Positions 25,601 through 36,589 of a DNA stretch of 64,000 bases are shown piece after piece. The notes beneath the pieces are model-generated. The model saw only the letters and a program-made list of their open reading frames with translations, had not been told where the DNA came from and ran no database searches. Numbering within the stretch: the stretch's first letter is position 1; each line of letters begins with the position of its first letter. The translations under genes were made by a program, and so were the position numbers. Source of the DNA: Ranitomeya imitator (lineage: Eukaryota); the NCBI RefSeq assembly GCF_032444005.1, contig NC_091282.1, forward strand, positions 55,242,001 to 55,306,000, in the 5' to 3' direction.

Positions 25601-28600
25601 TTGTGACTTTTTATAAACGTTAAAAATATCTGGAAGCATCAAACCTACAATGGTGAACATAATAAAAACACATATAAGATAGATTTCATAAAATGGTGCA
25701 AATTTAAAAAAAATAAAAGAATTAAAGTGCTAATGAAAAATGCCCAAAAAACATCAAAAACTAGCCAAAAAAAGTGCAAATAAACTAATGAATCGGCCCC
25801 AGGTGTTACAAGATGCCATACAAGATGCCAAGTGTTTCCAGTTTGCATTGGGTCATGCAATGGATGTGATTCAATGGTGTGGATGAAAAAATGGAGGATT
25901 TTCCCTTAAAAAGTATTTGGCCGCCCCCGGTGATGTTGACGGGTTTGGCCGGCGTGTTAATGGGTATAGGGGCACCGACCGACTGATGGATGGGAAAGAT
26001 GTTGATCTCACATGTCCGATTTCGGACTGTCAATCACTTTGTTCTCCCCGATCGCCGGCAGACATGTCTGTTGGTAGCTTTCTCATAGAGAGCACTGAGC
26101 TTTTGTCTTCAACCTGTTTTGCGACTTTTCAGCACAAAAAAAGTTGCGTGTTCAGCAGAAAAGTTGCAAAATTTTCTTCAAAGATATTGCAGCACATGAA
26201 ATGACTATGGGGGGGGGGGGGGAGGGGCGGGGAACTGGAATACATTTGTGACAAAATATGGGACTTTTCAAAAGGTAGAAAACATCTGGAAACCCTAAAG
26301 TCTGCCCACAATGCCGAACTGAAAAATAGACTTGGAAAAAGGTGCAAATTAAAAGTTATGGAGGAAACAAAAAAAGATGAAAAATACCGAAAGACAAGTG
26401 TACATACTACAATGAATAGGGTTCTTTGACTTTTATTCCCTGCTCATATATCTCTGCTTGCTGTCAGTGAATAGACACAGCCATCGTGGTTAACTGCACA
26501 GGAAAAGGCAGGCAACAAAAATGTTCCTATTCTCGTCCAGGAAGCAGAGCTCCTGAAAAGCATCAGGGACTGCAGAGCACACATAGACCAGGAATAAATA
26601 AGCTTTATTTCCTCTAAGGCCATGTTCACATATTCAGTATTTGGTCAGTATTTTACATCAGTATTTGGAAGCCAAAACCAGGAGTGGGTGATAAATCCAG
26701 AATTGGTGCATATGTTTCTATTATACTTTTCATCTGATTGTTCCACTGCTGGTTTTGGCTACAAATACTGATGTAAAATACTGACCAAATACTGCTAGTG
26801 TGACGGCAGCCTAAGACCAGTCCCACACGTCCAGATAATTCCGGTACCGGAAAAATCGGTACCGGAATTATCCGTGTTCGTGTGCTTACGTAGCACATCA
26901 GTGTGGCACACGTGCGGCAGCCATGTGCCGACTGAGGACCACACAGACCGTGCAGGAGACAGCGCTACAGTTAAACGCTGTCCCCTGCGTGCGGTGCTGA
27001 GGCCGGTATTCATCCCTTCTTCCCAGCAGCGTTCGCCGGAGAGAAGGAATGAATAATCTTTTTTTTTTCTTTTCCCTTAAAAATAAAGTTTGTGCTTCCC
27101 CTCCCGCCTCCCATCCCCTGTTGCCCAACCCACCCCCCCCCCCCCCCCCCCGCTTGCCAGGAAATACTCACCGACACCCAGCTCCAGCGATGTCTCCTCT
27201 CAGCGCCGGCAGCAGGCCCTGTGTGAGCGGTCACGTGGTCCCGCTCATTACAGTGAGGAATATGCGCATATTCCTCACTGTAATGAGCGGGACCACGTGA
27301 CCGCTCACACAGCACAGGCTGCAGCCGCTGAGAGGAGACATCGCTGGAGCTGGGTGTCGGTGAGTATTTCCTGGCAAGCGGGGGGGGAGGGGGCAACAGG
27401 GGATGGGAGGCGGGAGGGGACGCACAAACTTTATTTTCAAGGGGAAAGAAAAAAAAAAGTTTATTCATTCCTTCTCTCCAGCGAACGCTGCTGGGAAGAA
27501 GGGATGAATACCGGCTTCAGCACCACACGCAGGGGACAGCGCTTACAGTAGCGCTGTCCCCTGCACGGCACACGGACTGCACACGGACAGCATCCGTATG
27601 CGGTACGTGTTTTACATGGACCCCTTGACTTTAATGGGTCCGTGTGATCCGTGCGTTCCCACAAACACTGACATGTCTCCGTGTTTTTCAAACGGACACA
27701 CGATCCGTGAAAACACGCTGACATGTGCAGAGACACATTGATTTTAATGTGTCTACGTGAGTCAGTGTCTCCGGTACGTGAGGAAACTGTCACCTCACGT
27801 ACCGGAGCCACTGACGTGTGAAAGCGGCCGACGGATGTGGGTGGTGAGGTACCTGAACTGCTGGTTGCGTTTCTCCGCCACTATTTCCAGCCGTTCCTTC
27901 TCTCTCTTCTCCCTCAGACTCTTGGCCCGCTCTCGCATCTTAGCTTGTCTCTCCAGCGTCGTCTCCTCCATCGACTCCATCTCCTTAATGTGCCCCAGCT
28001 CCTCCGTCTCCAATAACGCCTTCAGTCTGATAGGGTTAAGAAAACATCGGTCAATTCACAGCATTACATACAAATATAACAACCAGACAATGGTGCGAAC
28101 TTGCGGGAACTTTTTTAAATTAAATAATTAATTCATTAATTTAGTTAATTAAAAAAAAAATTGTTTGCGTCGCCATTTTATAAGCCCCAATTTTATTTTT
28201 CCTGGGCTGGAGCTGCTTGTGGGCCGGTTGGAGATGATGTTTTTTATTCGTACCATTTTGGGACATATGTAACGCTTTCATTGTTTTTTTTTATTTCATT
28301 TTTTATTTCTAGTGTGAGAGGCAAAAAACGTCAACTGAGGCATTGATGGGAGCACAAAGATGGCGCTGACGAGGGTCTTCACTTTGCCCCCAGTATCCCA
28401 TCATCAAAGCAATCAAGATCATTCAATGGACGCTAGCTTCTAGAAGTTTTCTGGCTTCAGAAAAGCCCTGCTTTAAAAAAACAAACCGTTGCCTATTTTG
28501 GAGGCGTCGGGAAATCCACACAACAAATATCTCCGACATACCGTGCATCGCCGTACGATGTTTTTGTTTTTTTGCAGAACGAGTTGTAGTTTTGAATGAC

Positions 28601-30729
28601 ACCATTCACTTTATTATATAATGTACTAAAAAACTGGGGAAAAAAAAAATCCAAGTGCAGAAAAATGATGAAAAAACTAATGTCTTCATTGTTTTTTGGG
28701 TTCAGCGTTCATTGCGCAGTAAAAATGACCCGGTAACGAGATTCCGCAGGTCAGTACAGGTGGAGCGACACCAAACCTGTATATTTATTTCTATATATAT
28801 TTTAGCGGTCAAATCCAATTATGAACTTTGTTAAACGATGTGGTTTGTGAAGTTAATTTTTGCGACTCGTAACTTTTTGTTTTGTTGATAGAAGTGAATG
28901 AGGGCTTGGTTTTGTTTTTTGCGCGCCCAGCTGACGGTTTAATTGATACCATTTTTTACACATTCTGATAGTTTTTTATCGCTTGCTTGTTTCTGTGGAT
29001 TGCAGCGACCGAATGATGCAATTCTCACATTCCAATTTTCCTCTCAACATTTAGCATACGGTTTAAATAATTTTATATTTTCATAAATCAAATTTTTACC
29101 TATGTGGCGATACCAAATATATTTTTTTCTTTTAGTTTTTTACTTTTTAAATGGGAAAAAGGTGAATTAAACTTTTGTACTTTTTTTTTTATATACCGTA
29201 TATATTTTTACGTTATTTTCTTATCTTTTTAGGGGACTTGAGCCGGCAATCGCCTGATTTTTTTTTTGTACTACTATACTGCAGTAAGTAGATAAATTGC
29301 CGTCCTTTTATGATGTCCGGCTGTCGGGCTCAACATGGCCATCAGCAAGACAGCGTTGGGTGACCGACAATTTATCCATATTTAATGCCTGTCAGCCATT
29401 GACTGCGGTATTTAAATAGTTTCCAGCAGCAATTAGAGGTGGCTCCGGCCGCTGCTGTTATAGGCACATGCCGGCCATGAATAACACTGCTGAATAAAGC
29501 ATGATGAGGTATGTCAGCCCCGCGGACCACTCTGGTTATGGAGACCTTCTACTTTTGCACCGGCCAGTGCGGAGAGTGTGAACTCAGCCTCCCCGTGGTT
29601 CACAAGAAGCTACTTTGACATTTTAATAGACGGGTCTGACATTATTATGGGGGTCTGTGACTGACACTGCTATGCGTTTGCTGAGAATGTTTTTCATCTC
29701 CTGAGAAGTTTACACATCTCCATTCTCCTGAGATTTTGTATCATGCAAATTTCCGTGCAAATCGGTCCAAGCACAAACTGGCGGCGGCTCTCCCGGCCTG
29801 TATGAAGCTGTGACGCTTGGGGCAAGAAAGCCAAGGCCGGGTCGCGCTTGGACCGATTTGCACGGACGTCTGTTAAGCCCTGATCCGGCTGTGCCCACCT
29901 GTCTCTCCGCTCCTCTATCTGCATGCGATAGTCCTCCATGGTCTCAGAGACTTTCCTCTGGACCCGGTTGTGCAGGATCTTGTGGTCGGTCGTCCTCTCC
30001 CATTTGTTCTTCATGCCCTCGAAGTCTATGTCTTTGGTGAAGGCCAGCATCTGCTCCCGAAGATCATCTTGACGTCTCCTCTCCAGGATAATGTAGTCGT
30101 GAGGTCGGCTGGAAGGAAACTTGGCTCTCTGTATAGAGTAGAATAGTTTTTGCTGAGACTAATTGCACCATAATCTTTCTTAAAGGGGTTGTCCAGTGTA
30201 AACAAGTCATCACCTATCCACAGGATAAATCATAACTTACTGAACGCCGGGGGTCCAATCGCTGGAATCCGCAAAAATCGGCAAAACTGGGGAATTTTTA
30301 ACCAAGTCACAGAACAGAGGGGCAGGTTGGATGCCTGATCACCGCTCCATTCATTCTCTCTGAGGCTGTCCATAAACCCAGAACCCCATAGAGAATGAAA
30401 AGAGCAGTGGTTGGGCATCGGGACCGCTCCATGCAGGTCCCGATGGTTGGACCGCCACCGATCAGTAGTTATCAACTATCCTGCGGAGAGGTAACAGCCT
30501 GTTTATATTGGACAATCCCTTTAAACCCCTGGGACTGGTCCATTCACATCATGACCTAATAATGAATGACAAACAAAATTGCTACAGACCCCGAACACAA
30601 GGTCCGCGAGCCTCCGGTGACTGAGAGACCCCAGATGTGTGGCCCACGGCCGTCTGCTCCGGCAAACGCCACTCTCAGCACAGTGCACCGATATTAATCC
30701 CCTTAAGGGCCCGGGAATTTATATAAAAA

Positions 30730-30775
<46 letters not shown>

Positions 30776-33700
30776 TTCTCGTTTTTGCATTTTCCTTTTT
30801 TTCCTCCTCTTCTCCCCAGATGCAGAACTTTTTTATTCTTCCGTCCACACAGGCGTAAGAGGGTTTACAGTTTATTTTATGTGGGACGTATTGTAGTTTT
30901 GACTGACGCTATTCGCTTTAATATAAAATGTTCTGGAAAATGATAAACAAATATTCCACAATTCCGCCACAGTTTTTTTTGGGGGGTTTCATTACCGGCG
31001 TTCAATGTGGGAGAAAAATGACCTGGAAACATGATTCTTCAGATCAATACGATTAGGTACTAAGTATTAAGTAGCGAACATGTTCAGTTTTTTCTTATTA
31101 ATTTTTATTGGTAAAAAAAAAAAAAAATTGTAAAAAAAAATAAAAATGACTTTTTTTATTTTTGTGTCGATGGAGCCGGGTGAATACTTGTAATTTGCGC
31201 CCCGAACTGACGTTTTTATTGATCTCATTTTTAAAATGCATTTTTTGTGAGTGTGGCAACCCAAAAATGGAGATTTTTTTTTGTGGTAATTTAATGTATA
31301 TTTTGATACATTGGGCTTTTTTGGACATGACGAAACCAAATATGTTTATTTATTTTTTTCATTTTGTAGGGTAAATAAGAGGGTGATTTAAATTGTTATT
31401 TTATTTTCTTTTTTGAACATTATTGTTACTTGATTTTTTACGGCCTGCGTGGTGGAGCTGAACGTTTTATCGCTATGGTAAATACTGCAATATCACAGTA
31501 TTGCAGCGTATAAATAAACTGCGGTCCTCCTATGAAGCCACAGGGCAGGAGGATAAACATGGCACTGATGAGGGTCTTCAGCGGACCCTGTCTGCCATGG
31601 TAATCCAGCGGTTCTGATTTCTTTGCGCAGAAAACAGCTCGCGATCATCTCTCAGAGCTGAGTGTGGCTAAGGTCGGGGTCCGCTCCTATAGATTGTCTA
31701 TGTAATACTGCCATGAAATGTGCAATTTAAACCGCTATACTCTGCCCAAATATTATTTTCATAGCGCGCCCAAATAATATCAACATGCACCTCCCAAAAC
31801 CAATTGTCCCAGACTGCAAAAATAAGACAGACATAAAGTTTGCAAATAACACTGCAATGTGGGGGAGTCTAATGTATGTGGGGGCACTGGGGACATCGTG
31901 TGTGTGGAGGGGCAATGTGAGGGAGTCTAATGTATGTGGGGGCACTGGGGACATCATAATGTGTGTGGAGGGGCAATGTGGGGGAGTCTAATGTATGTGG
32001 GGGCACTGGGGACATCGTGTGTGTGGAGGGGCAATGTGAGGGAGTCTAATGTATGTGGGGGCACTGGGGACATCATAATGTGTGTGGAGGGGCAATGTGA
32101 GGGAGTCTAATGTATGTGGGGGCACTGGGGACATCATAATGTGTGTGTAGGAGCAATGTGGGGGAGTCTAATGTATGTGGGGGCACTGGGGACATCATAA
32201 TGTGTGTGGAGGGGCAATGTGAGGGAGTCTAATGTATGTGGGGGCACTGGGGACATCATAATGTGTGTGGAGGGGCAATGTGGGGGAGTCTAATGTATGT
32301 GGGGGCACTGGGGACATCATAATGTGTGTGGAGGGGCAATGTGAGGGAGTCTAATGTATGTGGGGGCACTGGGGACATCATAATGTGTGTGGAGGGGCAA
32401 TGTGAGGGAGTCTAATGTATGTGGGGGCACTGGGGACATCATAATGTCTGTGTGGAAGGGCAATATGGGGGAGTCTAATGTATGTGGGGGCACTGGGGAC
32501 ATCATAATGTGTGTGGAGGGGCAATGTGAGGGAGTCTAATGTATGTGGGGGCACTGGGGACATCATAATGTGTGTGTAGGAGCAATGTGGGGGAGTCTAA
32601 TGTATGTGGGGGGCACTGGGGACATCATAATGTGTGTGGAGGAGCAATGTGGGGGAGTCTAATGTATGTGGGGGCACTGGGGACATCATAACGTGTGTGT
32701 GTGGGAGCAATGTGGGGGAGTCTAATGTATGTGGGGGCACTGGGGACATCATAATGTGTGTGTGGGAGCAATGTGGGGAGTCTAATGTATGGGGGGGCAC
32801 TGGGGACATCATAATGTGTGTGGAGGAGCAGCAATATGGGGGAGTCTAATGTATGTGGGGGGCACTGGGGACATCATAATGTGTGTGGAGGGGCAATATG
32901 GGGGAGTCTAATGTATGTGGGGGCACTGGGGACATCATAATGTGTGTGGAGGGGCAATATGGGGGAGTCTAATGTATGTGGGGGCACTGGGGACATCATA
33001 ATGTGTGTGTGTGGGAGCAATGTGGGGGAGTCTAATGTATGTGGGGGGCACTGGGGACATCATAATGTGTGTGGAGGAGCAGCAATATGGGGGAGTCTAA
33101 TGTATGTGGGGGGCACTGGGGACATCATAATTTGTGTGGAGGGGCAATATGGGGGAGTCTAATGTATGTGGGGGCACTGGGGACATCATAATGTGTGTGG
33201 AGGGGCAATATGGGGGAGTCTAATGTATGTGGGGGCACTGGGGACATCATAATGTGTGTGTGTGGGAGCAATGTGGGGGAGTCTAATGTATGTGGGGGCA
33301 CTGGGGACATCATAATGTGTGTGGAGCAGCAATATGGGGGAGTCTAATGTATGTGGGGGCACTGGGGACATCATAATGTGTGTGGAGGAGCAGCAATATG
33401 GGGGAGTCTAATGTATGTGGGGGGCACTGGGGACATCATAATGTGTGTGGAGGGGCAATATGGGGGAGTCTAATGTATGTGGGGGCACTGGGGACATCAT
33501 AATGTGTGTGGAGGGGCAATATGGGGGAGTCTAATGTATGTGGGGGCACTGGGGACATCATAATGTGTGTGTGGGAGCAATGTGGGGAGTCTAATGTATG
33601 GGGGGCACTGGGGACATCATAATGTGTGTGTGGGAGCAATGTGGGGGAGTCTAATGTATGTGGGGGCACTGGGGACATCATAATGTGTGTGGAGGAGCAG

Positions 33701-35499
33701 CAATATGGGGGAGTCTAATGTATGTGGGGGGCACTGGGGACATCATAATGTGTGTGGAAGGGCAATATGGGGGAGTCTAATGTATGTGGGGGCACTGGGG
33801 ACATCATAATGTGTGTGGAGGAGCAATGTGGAGGAGTCTAATGTATGGGGGGCACTGGGGACATCATAATGTGTGTGTGGGAGCAATGTGGGGGAGTCTA
33901 ATGTATGTGGGGACACTGGGGACATCATAATGTGTGTGTGGGAGCAATGTGGGGGAGTCTAATGTATGGGGGGCACTGGGGACATCATAATGTGTGTGTA
34001 GGAGCAATGTGGGGGAGTCTAATGTATGTGGGGACATCATAATGTGTGTGTGGGAGCAATGTGGAGGAGTCTAATGTATGGGGGGCACTGGGGACATCAT
34101 AATGTGTGTGTAGGAGCAATGTGGGGGAGTCTAATGTATGTGGGGACACTGGGGACATCATAATGTGTGTGTGGGAGCAATGTGGGGGAGTCTAATGTAT
34201 GTGGGGGCACTGGGGACATCATAATGTGTGTGTGGGAGCAATGTGGGGGAGTCTAATGTATGTGGGGGCACTGGGGACATCATAATGTGTGTGTGGGAGC
34301 AATGTGGGGAGTCTAATGTATGTGGGGGGCACTGGGGACATCATAATGTGTGTGGAGGGGCAATGTGGGGGAGTCTAATGTATGTGGTGGGGCACTGGGG
34401 ACATCATAATGTGTGTGGAGGGGCAATGTGGGGGAGTCTAATGTATGTGGGGGCACTGGGGACATCGTGTGTGTGGGAGCAATGTGGGGGAGTCTAATGT
34501 ATGTGGGGGGCACTGGGGACATCATAATGTGTGTGTGGGAGCAATGTGGAGGAGTCTAATGTATGTGGGGGGGCACTGGGGACATCATAATGTGTGTGGA
34601 GGGGCAATGTGGGGGAGTCTAATGTATGTGGTGGCACTGGGGACATCATAATGGGTGTGGAGGAGCAATGTAGGGGAGTCTAGTGTATGTGGGGGCACTG
34701 GAGACATTGTCTGTGTGGAGGGGTAATGTGAGGGAGTATAATGTATGTGGGGGCACTGGGGACATCATAATGTTTGTGGAGGGGCAATGTGAGGGAGTCT
34801 AGTGTATGTGGGGGCACTGGGGACATTGTGTGTGGAGGGGCAATGTGGGGGAGTCTAGTGTATGTGGGGGGCACTGAGGACATCATACTGTGTAGGGGCG
34901 TTATACTGTGTGGGGTCACTGAAAGCATCATAGTGTTTGGAGAGTAATGTGTGGGTGGGAAGCGCACTGTGTGGGGAAATCATGTCTGGGTGGGGACTGG
35001 AGGATTAATAATAAAAAAAAACATTAAAAAAAGATTATTAATAATAGATGAGGGGTACTTGGACTTGGAGCATCATAATGCATGGGGGGGGGGGGGGGAC
35101 ACTGTGTGAGGCATCTAATATGGGTAAGGGGGTCACAGTGAGGACCATACTGTGTGGGGGCTTATAAATGTGTGGCAGGCTGCAGACATCATAATGTGTG
35201 GAGGTACTGTACTGTGTGGGGGCACTGAGACAATTATAATGTCTGGGGGGCAGTAAGAGAGCATTGTACTGTGTGGGGGGCATGTAAATATGTGGGGAGC
35301 ACTTGGGACCTCATATTTGTGTGGCACCATACTGTGTGGGGGGGCATCATCATACAGAACCAAACATCACCTCCGCCGGTGACCACGCTGGGGGTCTCCA
35401 TTATCGGACCCTGGACTGGTAACTTACCACAGCCACGTTGTGGGGGGCCGGGCCGGTCACCTCCCGGCAGCGGGGTCTGCTCCTCTGACTCAGCAACAT
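16609..35499 (-). CDS. CFAP53: Cilia- and flagella-associated protein 53 (CCDC11), complete 8-exon gene, 519 aa coiled-coil (trichoplein/TPH-type) axonemal protein
   Basis: Exons assembled by hand: 35499-35428, 30128-29899, 28026-27853, 25436-25133, 25061-24843, 24215-23999, 21669-21567, 16849-16609 (72+230+174+304+219+217+103+241=1560 nt, open frame, TGA at 16611-16609). All introns are GT..AG. The N-terminus (MLLSQR..REVTGPAPH), the E/K/R/Q-rich coiled coil, the C-terminal HPLRR motif and the internal exon sizes match my recollection of human CFAP53 (no database search run). Confidence 0.95.
17656..20451. mobile_element. Non-autonomous hAT-type DNA transposon (2796 bp) carrying a minisatellite
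   Basis: 8-bp TSD CCTAAGAT (17648-17655, 20452-20459); TIR CAGGGCCGCCA / TGGCAGCCCTG. Confidence 0.88.
18040..19310. repeat. Mixed 23-bp/21-bp minisatellite (GATGGGGCAGAGTGCTGGACACA / GATGGGGCAGGATTGGAAACA)
   Basis: Direct repeats inside the hAT element. Confidence 0.93.
21567..21669 (-). CDS. CFAP53: CFAP53 exon 7 (ERNAEEQEELAHDKELLENAIAEHKQLELERNG)
   Basis: TTTTTTCTAG| acceptor, AG|GTAAGG donor, 103 nt; phases fit exons 6 and 8. Confidence 0.93.
21865..22285. mobile_element. Foldback MITE-like inverted repeat (arms about 190 bp) in CFAP53 intron 6
   Basis: AACCATGGCAAGGTGATC..GGGTCCTACTCTACCATA.. mirrored by ..TATGGTAGAGTAGGACCC..GATCACCTTGCCGTGGTT. Confidence 0.75.
22545..22611. repeat. 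(GATA)n microsatellite, about 16 units
   Basis: Direct reading. Confidence 0.97.
23155..23884. mobile_element. Solo LTR (730 bp) in CFAP53 intron 6
   Basis: TGTCATGA...ACTCACA ends; TTAACC on both immediate flanks. Confidence 0.75.
23999..24215 (-). CDS. CFAP53: CFAP53 exon 6 (MDLQREQQTYRQYLAQQLEEEK...RRQQIKEK)
   Basis: TGTAG| acceptor, T|GTAAGG donor, 217 nt; ORF 23979..24215(-). Confidence 0.95.
24843..25061 (-). CDS. CFAP53: CFAP53 exon 5 (VEERKLMKLEDERALREKQ...EEKRLRK)
   Basis: CGCAG| acceptor, AAG|GTAAAT donor, 219 nt; overlaps ORF 24813..25430(-). Confidence 0.94.
25133..25436 (-). CDS. CFAP53: CFAP53 exon 4 (EQCEELRALKSKMHQDEVC...LWEKDRLAK...EEEAHLL)
   Basis: TTTTCAG| acceptor, CTG|GTAACG donor, 304 nt; overlaps ORF 25088..25588(-). 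Confidence 0.95.
26618..26811. mobile_element. Short Harbinger-type MITE
   Basis: TAA flanks; GGCCATGTTCACA / GTGTGACGGCAGCC ends; internal CAGTATTTGG inverted repeats. Confidence 0.7.
26815..27829. mobile_element. Foldback Harbinger-type MITE (about 1 kb) with a central palindrome of about 600 bp
   Basis: Ends GACCAGTCCCACACGTC / GACGTGTGAAAGCGGCC; inverted arms about 26955-27560 centred on 27265/27266 (mirror-image ORFs on the two strands). Confidence 0.75.
27853..28026 (-). CDS. CFAP53: CFAP53 exon 3 (LKALLETEELGHIKEMESMEETTLERQAKMRERAK...NQQF)
   Basis: ATCAG| acceptor, AG|GTACCT donor, 174 nt; overlaps ORF 27795..28013(-). Confidence 0.94.
28180..29420. mobile_element. Degenerate relic related to the TTAA element at 53645-58272
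   Basis: Shares repeated G(A/C)CG/TTTTTATT-G-TACCATTTT subunits with 57050-57430; termini not resolved. Confidence 0.45.
29899..30128 (-). CDS. CFAP53: CFAP53 exon 2 (RAKFPSSRPHDYIILERRRQDDLREQMLAFTK...IEERRD)
   Basis: TACAG| acceptor, AG|GTGGGC donor, 230 nt; overlaps ORF 29694..30050(-). Confidence 0.93.
30184..30520. mobile_element. T2/Kolobok-type MITE 55 bp upstream of the exon 2 acceptor
   Basis: TTAA flanks at 30180-30183 and 30521-30524; TIR AGGGGTTGTCCA / TGGACAATCCCT. Confidence 0.8.
30698..31600. mobile_element. Degenerate TTAA-CCCCTT-type element relic with an (ATT)n run
   Basis: TTAA-TCCCCTTAAGG start at 30694; internal GACGTTTTTATTG subunits as in 57050-57430. Confidence 0.45.
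31855..34900. repeat. About 61-bp G-rich minisatellite (GGGGGAGTCTAATGTATGTGGGGGCACTGGGGACATCATAATGTGTGTGGAGGGGCAATGT)n in CFAP53 intron 1
   Basis: ORF boundaries recur at 61-bp spacing (32317/32378, 33125/33186); about 50 copies, decaying toward 35340. Confidence 0.95.
35428..35499 (-). CDS. CFAP53: CFAP53 exon 1 (MLLSQRSRPRCREVTGPAPHNVAV)
   Basis: Minus strand GCCGCCATG Kozak context; ends GTG|GTAAGT donor; phase 0. Not in the ORF track. Confidence 0.92.
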
Positions 35500-35753
35500 G
35501 GCGGCTCCCTGTCTGCGGAAACAATGAGGAGATGGCAGACATCACCTGGAAATAATCCTGTCTGGGGAGAGAGGAAGCCGGCAACCGAGGGGGGGATGCA
35601 CCAAAAATGGAGGACACGACTAACGTGACAGTGAGTGACGCCATCATTTTTAGGCCCCGATTCCATCACTGTAATACTTTAGTCACTAGCGCTGTTATTT
35701 TTCCATCAGGTATATAATATTAATTCTACTAATTAGCTCATGTTTCCTGTAGA

Positions 35754-36093
35754 ACTACAAATACCAGCATGTGCAAACAGACGGAAGCCATGCTGGGGGT
35801 TGTAGTTCCAGGCCCTGGTTCACACTACAGTGGTCCTCACGATCATTACCGTCACTACCGGGGGAAGCTCCGATCTGCTCAGTCCATCCGAGCCCGGGAC
35901 TCAGCGCTCGGTTACCGGGCAACGCCGACTCCGGAAGTGATGTCTCCCGTATCTTAGCAACCAGTTGTAAACATGTGCAGCGGCGGCGGCTGTACCGCAG
36001 ATGTACCGGCAGAGGGCGCCCGTGTAGCGCGGAGTTATACACAGCAAGTTACGACTCCCAGCATGGCCCTCCTGCATGATGGGAGTTGTAGTT
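35754..36093. promoter_or_regulatory. Two inverted pairs of ACTACAnnTCCCAGCATG-like (ZNF143/THAP11-type) motifs and a CTCF-like site
   Basis: ACTACAAATACCAGCATG..CATGCTGGGGGTTGTAGTT at 35754-35807; second pair at about 36047-36093; CCGGCAGAGGGCGC at 36006-36019 (1 mismatch to CCASYAGRKGGCRS). Confidence 0.45.
35911..35961. promoter_or_regulatory. Two RFX X-box motifs flanking an ETS site
   Basis: GTTACC-G-GGCAAC at 35911-35923 (fits GTNRCC-N0-3-RGYAAC); CCGGAAGT at 35931-35938; weaker GTATCTTAGCAAC at 35949-35961. RFX factors are established regulators of ciliary genes. Confidence 0.7.
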
Positions 36094-36589
36094 TTGCAAT
36101 AGTGGAGAACTGGAGGCTAAAGACCGAGGAGAAGACCCTTTTTTGGTTGAGGCAGCGCCAGCTTCTCTGTCCCGATACCCTAGAACTCCGAGGTCCCCCT
36201 CAGTCCCCTCCATTGCAGTGAATGGAAGGGTTTTTCCATCACATTTTGACAAACTAGAAAGAAGGGATTTAACTAATTGTTGTTCTATTAACCCTTCCCA
36301 TGGCAGCATTAGTGTGTGGTAAATATTCCTTGGAACTATGATTCTTTAAATCACCAAATATAAATATTTTCATTCTACACAGACTCTTTGGAAAATGAAA
36401 GGTGGAATCGGGTTGGTTGCTAAGGGCAACGGAGTCACTTTCACTTTACACCATGTTTGATAAATCTTCCCCTTCATAACCCTATTACACATAATGTCCA
36501 CCTACTATTGGACCACTCTGTGTATATATATATATATATATATTAGATGGTGGCCCGATTCTAACGCATCGGGTATTCTAGAATATGCA

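Larger units (their letters stand above)
35350..36200 (-). promoter_or_regulatory. CpG-rich CFAP53 promoter/first-exon region
   Basis: Locally high GC and CpG density spanning exon 1 and about 700 bp upstream; contains the motifs listed below. Confidence 0.75.

Noticed and set aside
36100-36500. Possible head-to-head partner gene sharing the CFAP53 promoter
   Set aside because: No plus-strand exon or plausible coding sequence was found in the remaining 27 kb, which is nearly all repeats; a non-coding or more distal partner cannot be excluded.
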